Positions 39,484-50,057 of a stretch of DNA of 64,000 nt are shown here, one piece after another. A program made the position numbers and the translations under genes. Source of the DNA: an uncultured virus (IMG/VR IMGVR_UViG_3300009034_000021) (taxonomy: Duplodnaviria > Heunggongvirae > Uroviricota > Caudoviricetes); IMG/VR virus record IMGVR_UViG_3300009034_000021, positions 1 through 64,000 of that record. One strand, 5' to 3'. Numbering within the stretch: the stretch's first letter is position 1; the number at the start of each line of letters is the position of its first letter. The notes below the pieces were generated by a model that worked only from the letters and a program-made list of their open reading frames with translations, did no database searches and had not been told where the DNA came from.

Positions 39484-40607
39484 TGGCAGGAACTTACGAA
39501 CTTTGGCTAACAACCGATGCAGGAGCAAGAATCGCATTGTTGGACAATGCATTATGGTTCACGGCGACGCGGGTAGTAAATGACGCAGGATGGTTTCAGC
39601 TAGGGCTGCCTGAGTCATTTGATATGACGCTAATCAAACCAGATCGAATGGTACAGATCTGGCGTGCATCAAAAGGTGGCCGCCTAAGTCTATGGCGGTC
39701 CTATTTTGTCCGTAAATGGCATTGGGAGACTTTGGGCAGCACAGAACTGCTGACACTATCCGGGCCCGACGCGAACGATCTGCTGCGTCGGCGGATTGTG
39801 GCGAACTATGCAAGTTTGGCACAGTCACGAAAAGTGACTATGGCCGCCGATGATATGATGAAGGAGATCGTTGACGAGCAGATGGTCAACGACGCCTCCA
39901 ACCCAGCATCGACTTATGGCTCGCGCGATTACGCGAACCTGACGGTGCAAGCAGATCTGACACTCGGGCCACTTCTCACAAAGTCATTCTCGTGGCAGAA
40001 AGTCAACACGTTGTTAAAAAGCATCTCTGAGGCAGCGAGAGAGGCAGGAACAGAGATATTCTTTGATATCGCAGTATCATCAGTCGGTTCAGACAGTATC
40101 AATTTCGAGTTTCGGACGTATACGGGACAACCAGGGCGGGATAGGACTGAGCTAGGCATAGTATTCGATCAAGCACGGGGGAATTTAGAAAATCCGTCCT
40201 TAGAATATGACTATAGCGAAGAAGTTAATTATGTTTACGCCGCAGGGCAGGGTCAACAAGATCAGCGAGAGACGACGCAGGTCTACGATACGGCGCGCAT
40301 CGGAACGAGCATCTGGAATCGTTGTGAGGGATTCGCCGATGCGCGCCAGCAGGGTGAATTAGGTTTAACAAATGGTGTACGCGAAGAAGGGCGGGCGAGA
40401 CTGGAAGAAGGCCGGCCACAACGTAGATTTGGCGGACAGCCGGTGGACACAGAAGGAACACGGTTCGGGCGCGATTGGGATCATGGGGACAAAGTACGAG
40501 CACGCTATCGAGGAGAGGAATTTGACTGTATCATCCGGACGACGAACATCCACGTAGACGAAATGGGGCATGAAACAATCACGGCCCGATTGGAGTACAG
40601 GGAATGA
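39483..40607 (+). CDS. Minor tail/baseplate hub protein (Gp37-like)
   Basis: NYVYAAGQGQ, FGRDWDHGDKV; follows Dit. Confidence 0.75.
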   Translation: MAGTYELWLTTDAGARIALLDNALWFTATRVVNDAGWFQLGLPESFDMTLIKPDRMVQIWRASKGGRLSLWRSYFVRKWHWETLGSTELLTLSGPDANDLLRRRIVANYASLAQSRKVTMAADDMMKEIVDEQMVNDASNPASTYGSRDYANLTVQADLTLGPLLTKSFSWQKVNTLLKSISEAAREAGTEIFFDIAVSSVGSDSINFEFRTYTGQPGRDRTELGIVFDQARGNLENPSLEYDYSEEVNYVYAAGQGQQDQRETTQVYDTARIGTSIWNRCEGFADARQQGELGLTNGVREEGRARLEEGRPQRRFGGQPVDTEGTRFGRDWDHGDKVRARYRGEEFDCIIRTTNIHVDEMGHETITARLEYRE

Positions 40608-43423
40608 GCGATGTCGAAACAGGATTGATCCTAGAAGTTGAAAAACTAAAAACGTTCGTCGAGATCATGCGCACGCAGGAATTCACCATCCTACAAATGG
40701 CCGCCGGCGCGCCGGTGCATATAGCGGGCGAGGGTACATTATATTGGGACATAACACTAGATAATCTGTGGATCAACAACTGCGGTGCTGGCGGTGCAGG
40801 TTCGTGGACATTGATCGGTGGCGGTGCCCCTCCAGTGTTTCACAACATTCTGTCGGCGACACATACCGATACCATAGCTGCCGTGGTCGTGCGGGGTGAC
40901 GTGATAACGGGTCAGGCCGGACCTGCCTGGGCGAGGGTGGCCCATCCTGGAGTCGCAGGACAATATCTCAGAGCTAACGCGGCTGACCCTGGCTGGTCGG
41001 CTATACAACTGGCTGATCTGCCTGCACATAATTTGCTAAGCGCAACTCATGGTGATACTGTGGTACAGGCGCCATCTGTGGGTAGCCTCGTCTATGGCGA
41101 CAATACTCCAAACTGGAATGAACTTGTCCATCCTGGAGCGGCCGGATATGCTTTCACAACGACCTTAACTCAGGTAGTGTGGGATCAAACACCTGCCTGG
41201 ACGGGATTGCACACGTTCGGCGCAGGCTGGGACCTGACCGGTGGCACAGGCGATCTCAATGGACTGGATTTGATAATAGACGCTGACGGCGATACGTATT
41301 TGCACGCAGCGGGTGACGATCATGTTGAGTTTGTCTTGGCGACAGCATCTGGGCAATTGGACATCAACATCAACGGTGCCGATGATTTTACCTTTACAGC
41401 CAACGACTTTGGTGTGTTGGCTGGTAGCCACATTACTATGGCAGACGACACGTGGATTGGCCTGGGTGCAGGTGCGGGCAGAATAGCCTTTGATTCCACG
41501 CCGGCACCAGATACGCTATTTGTCTACGATGCGAACCTAGATGTGCAACATCACGGCGCGATTGGCGCAGCAGCAGCGATTGCAGCGAACGAGGTATTGG
41601 AGGTAGGTGAGGTTTTCACAGATACGGCAGGTGACGTCTACGGCATCTATACCTTGCTGGAGGCCGAACCTGGCTCTTACTTTACGTCTAACTTCCACGC
41701 AATCTTTGGTCATGCGCGGATGGATACCGCCCAAGGCGGACTGGGGATTCTAGTCGGTGTAGAAGGTTTTGCCAGTGTAGATAATGCCATAAACGGCTCG
41801 CCAGACAGCATCATAGGTGGTTATTTTTATACCGATGCAGAGGACGGCGGGCCAGTCTCGGGTATCGGTGTTTGGATTTACACGCCAGCGGTTGACAATG
41901 GTTCGTTGGGTGGTGGTTATGGTATTCGCATCGACGAAGGTACGGTCGGCGCAGGTTTCATCACTACGCTTTATGGAATTTACATTGATTCAATAACCGC
42001 CGGCAATACTAACTGGTCTATCTATACCAACGCTGGCGACATACATTTTGGCGACGACGTGGAACTGGATGACGGCGTAGGCGATAGTCCACAACTCAGG
42101 TTCATAGGTGGTAGCAACAACGATACAGTCTATGTGTTCTTAGACGATAACGCCGTGGCCAACGACAGCGACTTGGTGATAAGATTGTGTGCTGCCGATA
42201 CCGGCTCGCAAATGCAGATTCAAGACAGTGGCAGTAACGTCGTGGCTTATGTAGACGCCGACGGTAACGCCGATTTTGACGGACATGGCGCCGTTGGCGG
42301 GGCAGCAGGCGTTTTGGCTGACACGATACTAAACGTCCGAGAGGTTACAGTCGTCAACGCCGGCACATTTTACGGCACTATTTCGGCTGTTGAAGCAGAG
42401 CCTACCGATACTTTCACTACCACGTATTACGGCGTCTGGGGACAGGCCAGGCTTGACACAGCAGAGACGCAAACCTCAGGAGCATTGATCGGTGTGGCGG
42501 GCGTGGCCAACGTAGGCAATACTATCGCTGCCTCTCCAAGTGCATTACGCGGAGGTCTTTTTTACGCCGACGCAGAGGATTCTACTCTATGCACAACTGC
42601 CGAAGGCATTCTCGCTTATACGCCTTACGTAGACGCGGGCGCTCTCACGACAGGATATGGTGTTCGTATTCTTGAAGGCACCATCGGTGGCGGCTCGGCG
42701 GCTAACTTGTACGGACTTTACGTTGGCACGATAGACGCGGCCACGACGCTGAATTATTCTATCTTTACCAATGGTGGCGAGGTTTATCACAGGAATAGCG
42801 TGGCTGACGGCGGGGCGATAGTATACCTTTATCGCGATCAAGGTACAGTAAATCAGCCAGCGTTCTATCTGCTTCTGGATAATGCAAGTGATGACGAGGC
42901 GGCGGTGTACATAAGACACGACGGCACGGGCGACCTGATGCAATTGTACGACGGCGCCGTCCAGGTGGTAGACATAGACAACACCGGTCATGTTTTATTG
43001 AACTCTAGCACCGGCACAACGGGCAACACATTATACGTCTATCGTAACCTGGCGTCTGGTTCAACGAACGCGGCAGTCGTGTACTTCTACAATGACAATG
43101 CTGGAGACGATCAGCGAGTGCTGCAGATCGTCCAGGACGCCGTAGCAATTGCACTCGACGTGAACACGAACAGCACAGAGGAAGCAGCGTATTTCAATCG
43201 AGATGTGGACGCCTCTCTGCGGCCGGTGGTGACGATAGTCCAAGATCACACAAGCGGAGCACAACCCTGTTTACTCTTACAACAAGACGACATAAGTGAA
43301 GGCTTTATTGAATTCGGTGGGAGCGATAGAGGAGTGATAACGGAAAGTACCGACTCATTGGCCAGCGTCAGAGTTGAACTCAACGGCACGATTTATCGGC
43401 TGGCCCTTTACGTAGACGCGTGA
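40604..43423 (+). CDS. Tail fiber/receptor-binding protein with internal duplications
   Basis: Gly/Ala/Asp-rich beta protein of 939 aa; duplicated ~165-aa module; C-terminal RVELNGTIYRLALY. Confidence 0.75.
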   Translation: MSDVETGLILEVEKLKTFVEIMRTQEFTILQMAAGAPVHIAGEGTLYWDITLDNLWINNCGAGGAGSWTLIGGGAPPVFHNILSATHTDTIAAVVVRGDVITGQAGPAWARVAHPGVAGQYLRANAADPGWSAIQLADLPAHNLLSATHGDTVVQAPSVGSLVYGDNTPNWNELVHPGAAGYAFTTTLTQVVWDQTPAWTGLHTFGAGWDLTGGTGDLNGLDLIIDADGDTYLHAAGDDHVEFVLATASGQLDININGADDFTFTANDFGVLAGSHITMADDTWIGLGAGAGRIAFDSTPAPDTLFVYDANLDVQHHGAIGAAAAIAANEVLEVGEVFTDTAGDVYGIYTLLEAEPGSYFTSNFHAIFGHARMDTAQGGLGILVGVEGFASVDNAINGSPDSIIGGYFYTDAEDGGPVSGIGVWIYTPAVDNGSLGGGYGIRIDEGTVGAGFITTLYGIYIDSITAGNTNWSIYTNAGDIHFGDDVELDDGVGDSPQLRFIGGSNNDTVYVFLDDNAVANDSDLVIRLCAADTGSQMQIQDSGSNVVAYVDADGNADFDGHGAVGGAAGVLADTILNVREVTVVNAGTFYGTISAVEAEPTDTFTTTYYGVWGQARLDTAETQTSGALIGVAGVANVGNTIAASPSALRGGLFYADAEDSTLCTTAEGILAYTPYVDAGALTTGYGVRILEGTIGGGSAANLYGLYVGTIDAATTLNYSIFTNGGEVYHRNSVADGGAIVYLYRDQGTVNQPAFYLLLDNASDDEAAVYIRHDGTGDLMQLYDGAVQVVDIDNTGHVLLNSSTGTTGNTLYVYRNLASGSTNAAVVYFYNDNAGDDQRVLQIVQDAVAIALDVNTNSTEEAAYFNRDVDASLRPVVTIVQDHTSGAQPCLLLQQDDISEGFIEFGGSDRGVITESTDSLASVRVELNGTIYRLALYVDA

Positions 43424-43659
43424 GAAAGAACGATATGAAGGACTTGGAGATACCAGATACAATTAAGGTACAAATATTACAAAATAAACTTCAGGTATGG
43501 CATAACACCTACGTCTCGGCGGAGATTGACGCCAAGATCGCACAGGCGTTAGGTGATAATAAAATGCTGAATCAAGCGAAGGACAACATGAAACGTGCAC
43601 TACAAGCAGCAAACGTAGTATCGGATATGCTGGAGCAATTAGACCAATGTCCAGACTGA
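43420..43659 (+). CDS. Small helical protein (possible fiber chaperone)
   Basis: Coupled to the fiber stop; helical. Confidence 0.5.
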   Translation: MRKNDMKDLEIPDTIKVQILQNKLQVWHNTYVSAEIDAKIAQALGDNKMLNQAKDNMKRALQAANVVSDMLEQLDQCPD

Positions 43660-44903
43660 TATTCTGTATCGCGTTGTTGCTCGCGGCATGTACCCCGACA
43701 CCTATTCCGCCTCCAGTGCCAATTCCACCAGTGACTTATTATGTAGACGCCATCAACGGTGATGATAGCAATGCCGGACTTAGTGAGACTCAGGCATGGC
43801 AAACGCTTGCCAAGGTGTCGGCGGAATTTCTCGCTGGGACGTTCGGGCCAGGTGACTCAATTCTGTTCAAGCGCGATGAGACTTGGATTCTGAACGAGAC
43901 CGGCGATCAATTACGCATCAGAGGTTCATCAGGTGCGGAAGGCGAGCATATTTATCTAGGTGTTTATGGCATAGGGGCAGACCCCATCATTGACGCTAAT
44001 GGCAATAGTTTTCAATGTATCCGTCATGAATCGTGGGATGCAATAGCCGATTATATCACCGTAGAAAATATCGAGGTGACTGGATCGCACAACACACCGG
44101 CTATACGTATCGCCAACGTGCATCACTGGACATTACATGGTTTGTATGTACACGACGTAACCAGGGACCCGGCTAACCACACCGCTGGAATTCGCATCAA
44201 GAACGATTGCGAATGGATTTGGATAGACTGGTGTATGATAGACGAGATAGAAGGTGAAGGTATCTATATTGGCACGTCCAACATCGGCGATAGTACAAGT
44301 CAAGTGATAGTGAGTAATTGTAGTATCACAAATTGTGATTACGAAGGCATTGACATAAAGGCAGTGACTTCGAACGTCACGGTGCGCGACTGCACTGTAG
44401 AGAATACAGGCAGAACCACCGGCGATCCGACTCAAATATCAGTGGGTGGACGGTACAATACTATATATCAATGTCAGGTGCTCGGCGCGACGGGAAAACA
44501 GGCCATCTATCTCGGCCGGTATACTGAACTACCAGCCAGCGGTGGGAGTTATTGTCGGGTTGAACGATGTCTTATCAAGGGTGCGACAGGAATACATGGT
44601 GGGATTTTTATCAATGGTGTAGATAATGAGATTATCGACAATACAATCACAGACTGTTCTTATGCGATCTATGGCGCATCTGACCCTGGCGGCGGGCACG
44701 TGATTGAAAACAACACCTTTTACAACTATGACAACGAGGCAATCCACATATACTTGGCTTCCAGGTACATGTTTGACTACAACGAATATCGCGACGGTGC
44801 AGCGGGTGTGTGGTTTGAGAACGGAGCAATCAGAAATTTTGACTACGTGCAAGAGGTATTAGGTCAAGAACAACATGGACTTGTGCTAGAACGGAAGGAC
44901 TAG
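43647..44903 (+). CDS. Lipoprotein with a right-handed parallel beta-helix (pectin lyase-like)
   Basis: Lipobox LLAAC, Pro-rich linker, TYYVDAINGDDSNAG..AWQTL, PGDSILFKR, PbH1-like repeats. Confidence 0.75.
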   Translation: MSRLIFCIALLLAACTPTPIPPPVPIPPVTYYVDAINGDDSNAGLSETQAWQTLAKVSAEFLAGTFGPGDSILFKRDETWILNETGDQLRIRGSSGAEGEHIYLGVYGIGADPIIDANGNSFQCIRHESWDAIADYITVENIEVTGSHNTPAIRIANVHHWTLHGLYVHDVTRDPANHTAGIRIKNDCEWIWIDWCMIDEIEGEGIYIGTSNIGDSTSQVIVSNCSITNCDYEGIDIKAVTSNVTVRDCTVENTGRTTGDPTQISVGGRYNTIYQCQVLGATGKQAIYLGRYTELPASGGSYCRVERCLIKGATGIHGGIFINGVDNEIIDNTITDCSYAIYGASDPGGGHVIENNTFYNYDNEAIHIYLASRYMFDYNEYRDGAAGVWFENGAIRNFDYVQEVLGQEQHGLVLERKD

Positions 44904-44908
44904 ATTAG

Positions 44909-45226
44909 ATGGAAGTGAACGCGGTAACACTGAAATCCATTACCGATATCGGCGCACTGGTTCTACTGTTCTTGGTGTTGGTTGGTGGATGGAAAATACT
45001 CAAGCCGGCCATTGATGGCTGGCTGGAGCAGTATCAGCAATTATTGAATGTGGTCTTTGAATTGACGACGGCACTGGCGCTGATCAATACCAATCTAGAA
45101 CAAACTATCAAAGCACAAGAGGAAATGACAAATAGACTGAACAACCATGAGGAAAAGGCAGTAAGCCGACACAAAGAAGTCATGCGCGGGTTAAAAGGGA
45201 AGTTAGGTTATGATATTGCTGATTGA
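44909..45226 (+). CDS. Holin-like membrane protein (1 TM + coiled coil)
   Basis: N-terminal TM; at the end of the late operon. Confidence 0.55.
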   Translation: MEVNAVTLKSITDIGALVLLFLVLVGGWKILKPAIDGWLEQYQQLLNVVFELTTALALINTNLEQTIKAQEEMTNRLNNHEEKAVSRHKEVMRGLKGKLGYDIAD

Positions 45227-45473
45227 ATTGACATTGGCTTTTGCCACTGGCCTGCTGGGGCACGAATTGAGACCGGTGTTGAAGAGAGACTTTGAAGCAG
45301 GCTGGTTCGCTATCGCTTGTTATGTGACTGGCGTGATGATAGCGTTGCCGTTCGTGCTGCTGCTGTTCAGAGATTCCCGTCGTGGTTCGACGGACGTGAT
45401 CGTGTCCTATTTGTTGGCTTTTTTAGGTGTAGGCGGAGGGGTAGTTGTAGGGCATTATTTGAAGCCGGATTAG
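45210..45473 (+). CDS. Small 3-TM membrane protein (holin-like)
   Basis: Three hydrophobic segments in 87 aa. Confidence 0.55.
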   Translation: MILLIELTLAFATGLLGHELRPVLKRDFEAGWFAIACYVTGVMIALPFVLLLFRDSRRGSTDVIVSYLLAFLGVGGGVVVGHYLKPD

Positions 45474-45492
45474 ATGGGTGAGAGGACTCAGT

Positions 45493-45536
45493 AAAAAGAA
45501 AAACCGCCCGCGATGGATTGAGGCGGTTTTCGCTTT
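45493..45536. terminator. Bidirectional terminator at the convergence of the two arms
   Basis: AAAACCGCC..GGCGGTTTT hairpin flanked by A- and T-rich tracts. Confidence 0.7.
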
Positions 45537-45575
45537 GGCAAATTGATTATAACGAATATGACCGGTATCAGGGCT

Positions 45576-45833
45576 TTATAGTATGGGCAGGTCTTCTCCT
45601 TCTGCTCTGGCCCACCCGTGTGGGACGTGGGCCAGAGCTCTCAGAGCGTCAATGTGTTCAGCGGTTAACTCCGAGATATAGAACGGGATGCCCTTTTCTA
45701 GAGCAACGTTTTTGTAAACGATGCCCCCCCCTGTTCCGGCTACGGTGAAATAGGCTCTGTTCAACCAATGGCCGGGATTCGTATTTCCCTGGCCGATCCC
45801 TTCCCTGTCTCCTAAACTATCGTATCGCGTCAT
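45576..45833 (-). CDS. Hypothetical early protein
   Basis: ORF with SD; last gene in the small-gene operon. Confidence 0.5.
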   Translation of the reverse strand: MTRYDSLGDREGIGQGNTNPGHWLNRAYFTVAGTGGGIVYKNVALEKGIPFYISELTAEHIDALRALAHVPHGWARAEGEDLPIL

Positions 45834-45864
45834 TGTCTTCTTCTTCCTTTCGTTGTATAGTTAG

Positions 45865-46218
45865 TTAGTCCCAATATACCTCAAGGCCAGCGGCCTCAAG
45901 GACTTCCTTTGCCTCTGCCCATTTCCCACCGTTGCGTTCGTCGGCAAGCAGCTTCGCCCGCCGGTAGGCATCAAACTGCTCTTGCGTCAGATTTTGAGCA
46001 CTGCCACCAATGCTGATGGCGTACTGGACGAGGCGGACGGCTCCGCCTGTCTCGGTGAAGCCGCGCAAGCCCTTACCATGCTTGGCTTGCGGAACCTCAC
46101 CAACTTCGGCTATCTCGGCCAGCGCGCGCCGCAGGAATTCCTCACGGCTGAGTGAGCCTTTGATGGCATCGATCTGTGCTAAGACTTCTTCAGGGATGTT
46201 GCGAATTGTGATGTTCAT
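45865..46218 (-). CDS. Ribbon-helix-helix DNA-binding protein
   Basis: MNITIRNIPEEVLAQID..SLSREEFLRRAL; SD GGAGGTG. Confidence 0.75.
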   Translation of the reverse strand: MNITIRNIPEEVLAQIDAIKGSLSREEFLRRALAEIAEVGEVPQAKHGKGLRGFTETGGAVRLVQYAISIGGSAQNLTQEQFDAYRRAKLLADERNGGKWAEAKEVLEAAGLEVYWD

Positions 46219-47345
46219 TCTATTATCACCTCCGATTGTTTCCGTTTCACCTTCGCCTTGCCTGCGTCGGTGGTGAAGACGCCATATTCTTGAACATAGT
46301 TGGATGCCGGTCCAGTTCGCCTGACCTCCACCTGGCTCTCTCTAAGGCCCATCTCTCTGGCCCATCGTGCGCAGGCTAGGGCATTATTTACTGCTCCATG
46401 ACCATCGCAAGTGTAAACCAGATGTTTCTTTTTCTCTGTCATTACACATGCCTCCCTATGACTAGTCCTGCAAAGTCGTCGCCGTCAACTGCCTGGTCCA
46501 CAAGCAACTGGGCGTACTTTATCCCAGCCGCGCCAGACAGTTCCAACTCATCAGCGATTCTGAGCATGGCGCCGGCCACACAGTTTGCAGCCTCTTCCCT
46601 AGTCAGCAAACCTTCGCGAACGTGGTTGGCGGCCCTGTCAACCGCGTCTTGCTTTGCTGCTTCTGCTTGCTTGAGTTTTGCTGCGTGCTGCTTCATTTTG
46701 CTGTTCATCGCTTCTCCTTTAGGTATTGCTCAATATCTTTTTCGGTAACTTTCTTGCCGATTAAGTCACAAATTCGTTTAATTTCCTTCACCGTGAGTGC
46801 CATGATTTCTCCTTTATGCTGCTGCTAAAATCTCACCCAATCGGTCGGGCAGGATGCCTTTTTCAAAAGCCTGTTTCGCTAGTGGCAGAATCGCTTCTCT
46901 GTTTGTGATTTCCTCTCCTAGAAGCGATTCGGCCTTGGCGAAGACTTGTCGTGCGTAGGCCCTAAAACTAGCTTCTGCTTCTGACTCTGCTATATTTTCC
47001 AGTCTGTCTGCAACTTGCTTGAGTGCCATCTTGTCCTCTCTAAATTGATGTTGGCCCACCAGTCGCCGTCTCCCGCAACGAGCGGGCGCGAGCCAGTCTT
47101 TGTTGTGCATCAGAACTTTGTTCTTCCTTCGCGGCCAGCCGAGCAAAAAGTTGAGCTTCCTTGTCACGACTCGGTTGGAGCTTTCTCAACTCTTTCATCG
47201 CTTCCACGTGACTCTGGCCTTCCTTGCGAGCCACCACGTAGTCAATATATGCATTCATTTCGCGCTTGCTGTCAAAATTGGCTGCCAGTGCAAATGCTGG
47301 AGATTCTGGATTTTCCTGGTAAAGTTTTTCAAATTTGTCGTTCAT
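46215..47345 (-). other. Run of small hypothetical early genes (46215-46442, 46442-46708, 46814-47029, 47040-47345)
   Basis: Tightly packed short ORFs with SD sites downstream of a consensus promoter. Confidence 0.6.
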
Positions 47346-47388
47346 TTCTCTCTCCTTGTGCTATCATCTGTGCTATCAAACTAACACC

Positions 47389-47417
47389 ATGATACCACAT
47401 TTGCTATCGCCTGTCAA
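47389..47417 (-). promoter_or_regulatory. Strong sigma70 promoter with three GATAGCA direct repeats
   Basis: TTGACA-17-TATCAT with a TG extension. TGCTATC (+ strand) at 47359-65, 47371-77 and 47402-08. Confidence 0.8.
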
Positions 47418-47670
47418 GCAAACAGGCGAAAATTGTCAAAATTACATGGTATTATTGTCAATATAAACAGGGTAAATGTTACGTCAACAGGCGAGGGTTT
47501 TTACTTTTTACTGAGTTTTCGGTTCGCCATCGCTGTGGCTATAATACCAATATTTACCACATTTGTCACAGCGTAGCGCGTGGGTGTTGCCGTCGGCATT
47601 TACCATAATGCCTTTAGGGCAGTACGGGCAGGCGTCGCCTTGCTTAAGTGAGGTTGACATTTATATTTCC

Positions 47671-48708
47671 TTAGAATTCCCTTTTCAAGATCGCTGACCT
47701 AAAATCCTTGTTATCCAGTCGCTTAAATAGGTAAGGTGATAGTTCAGCGTAGTTTTTGTTTACCCACAGGGCAAACTTTTTTCTTGGCTCTTTTGGCGCG
47801 TCAGCGAAGGCCAGTTCAACCTTATCGGTGATGTTGGTGATTCTTGCCTCTATTTCGTCACGCCACGTGTAAATCTGCTCCAAGAATTCATCTGGTATAC
47901 TTGCTATCACTTCATCAAATGAATTCAGAGCAATTGCCTCAAGTACTCGTTTAAAGCTAGCGTTTGTGACAAGTCTATGTATTTCTGTATACCTGTCGCC
48001 TTTGATCTTGAACCGTTGTCCGTCTGCAAAGTATAATACCCATCCTTCTTTGGATGCGTCTAAGTTCTGAGCCAGCGACAAGCAATCATTAGTGTTCAGT
48101 TGATAGATTTTGGGAAGGAGAAAGTCATGTCTCACAGCGACTTCTTCAAGTTCGCCATACGGCAGATATGCGCCAGATTCAATGTGTCTGACTGCAAGCA
48201 AGATCAGTTCTTGCATATCGCCATAATCAACTACAATTCTATTATCAGGGTAGACAATTTCCCACAATGGGGTATAACCAATCGGAAAGTCGCCAAGGTT
48301 ATGCCAAGACAACTGTTTAGTCGCCCACAATGCCTGCTCGCTCGTGAAACTTCCACGAGTAGCGACTTTCCAGGTGCCGTTGTGAAAGAAGCCGATACCC
48401 AAGCTGCCGTCTAGCTTCTCTGTCACTTCTCGTAATTGGGCATCAGTCGTTCTATCCCTTTCGCCCCAATTAAAGAACTTATCAAAGGGACGCGCAACCA
48501 CGCTCCCGTTCTCAGAATTGAGAATCAGGCCACGACTGACACGCTCAAACCAGTTCCACCGATTCTCAAATTGGGCATGTTGGCTGTAATTGAACAATAC
48601 AAGCCCGTCGTGATATACGGTACGCACGTCACCGTATTGTTTCCAGTTGGTAAACTTTTGCCTTACTAGTTTTGACAATTGTGATATGTTTTCAATCATT
48701 TCTGCCAT
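47671..48708 (-). CDS. T4 Rnl1-like RNA ligase
   Basis: RGLIL, ARPFDKFFN, TEKLDGSLG, EIVYPDNRIVVDY, EGWVL, FKIK. Confidence 0.9.
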   Translation of the reverse strand: MAEMIENISQLSKLVRQKFTNWKQYGDVRTVYHDGLVLFNYSQHAQFENRWNWFERVSRGLILNSENGSVVARPFDKFFNWGERDRTTDAQLREVTEKLDGSLGIGFFHNGTWKVATRGSFTSEQALWATKQLSWHNLGDFPIGYTPLWEIVYPDNRIVVDYGDMQELILLAVRHIESGAYLPYGELEEVAVRHDFLLPKIYQLNTNDCLSLAQNLDASKEGWVLYFADGQRFKIKGDRYTEIHRLVTNASFKRVLEAIALNSFDEVIASIPDEFLEQIYTWRDEIEARITNITDKVELAFADAPKEPRKKFALWVNKNYAELSPYLFKRLDNKDFRSAILKREF

Positions 48709-48729
48709 GACTGTACCCCTATTCTCATA

Positions 48730-49945
48730 TTATATCCCTGCATCAGTATAACATCGCATCTCAACACCGGCCTGATACTCGTCTGGATAGTTCTCTTTAA
48801 GCCATGCCTCGGCCTCGTCATCGTCTGTAAAATACAATGTCCTGGTCAGACGACGGCCGTCCTGGTAGAACCTATAGGCGTGATGGAATGGCCCTATGAC
48901 TGTGCCACGAACGTATTCTATCACTGCCATATCTTTCCACAATTACTGCATTTCCAACCCCAGACTTTGAGGCCGTTGACTTCAACTTTGGTCTGTACAA
49001 TTCTCGTGCTTTTACATTCTGGACATCTCATCCTTCACAAACCTCTCCAAATTGCAATTCCTCTGGTGCAACAGCCGTCACTTTGCCGCTGGCCAGGCGA
49101 ACGGCCATCGTATTGAAAAAATTGAACGGCACGAAACCAAGTATCTGGACGTGCTCTCCGGTGAATAAAGTAGCCTGTCGGCCAGCGTCACAATGAGTAG
49201 TATCGACTCTGATTCGTAAACCTGATAGTCCTTTGAAATCGGTCAGATTTATGTCAGATTTTTGCTCTAATGGTACAACTTTCCTACGCATGGTTTTCTC
49301 TCCTTATTCTATTGAATCACATTCTACTTCTTCGACATAACACCAAGGACACGGTTCATCAAAATTTTCTAATTCGCACCCACAATGTTCACAGAGATGC
49401 ATCAAGCCTTCTCCTATATCAGCCTGAGCCCAAAAGCCTGGATTCTTCTTTTCCCATTCTTGGGCCATATCGAGTTGTCCCATGGCGTACATCCAGCAAG
49501 GCGCGGTTGCGCAGTATCCCTGCCCGACTTCCATGTCGTCTATCATAAATTGTCCGCAAACCTTGCAGCGGCTCATTTAATCCTTCTCCTTTTTGATAAA
49601 GTCTTCCAATATATCCTTCGATACACAACCTAATTCAGTCACCCAGCCATCTGGTGTAATCATATAAACACAACTTTTGCCGAAATCATGTAGAATGGCT
49701 ATTCTGACAGGATGACATGGTGCATTATCCTCATCAAAGAGTTCCATTAGGGTGATGAATTCCCCACTTGGTCCCATGCTGCCAATCTTCCCTGCGATAA
49801 TTGGGAGATGACAGTCATCGTTGAGCCAAGTCGGAATTTGTACACCTGTGAGGTATTTATCCTTGAGAAGCAATACCGATTTGAGTTTCTCTAGACACTT
49901 TTTGCAGTGGATATACTCTGTTATAAAAGAACTCCGTTCGCTCAT
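48730..49945 (-). other. Small hypothetical genes (48730-48942, 49028-49291, 49304-49576 Cys-rich, 49577-49945)
   Basis: Co-oriented short ORFs with SD sites. Confidence 0.55.
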
Positions 49946-50057
49946 TATGCCTTTCCTACCTTTCTTTTTCTGCGGCTGATAATTTTATATCTGCCAACGT
50001 TACAGCGGGCCCGTAGCTTTCTTCTCATAGTCGTCGATCATGATCTGCCCGCAGATT

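Noticed and set aside
40604..43423. Diversity-generating retroelement acting on the fiber
   Set aside because: No reverse transcriptase and no near-identical TR/VR pair differing at adenines were seen; the duplication is old and at protein level.
2732..45000. Numerous minus-strand ORFs under the late genes (and plus-strand ORFs under the early arm)
   Set aside because: Antisense shadows of well-supported genes, without motifs or SD sites.
47655..47680. TTGACA...TAGAAT promoter on the + strand
   Set aside because: The spacing is about 12 bp, too short for sigma70.
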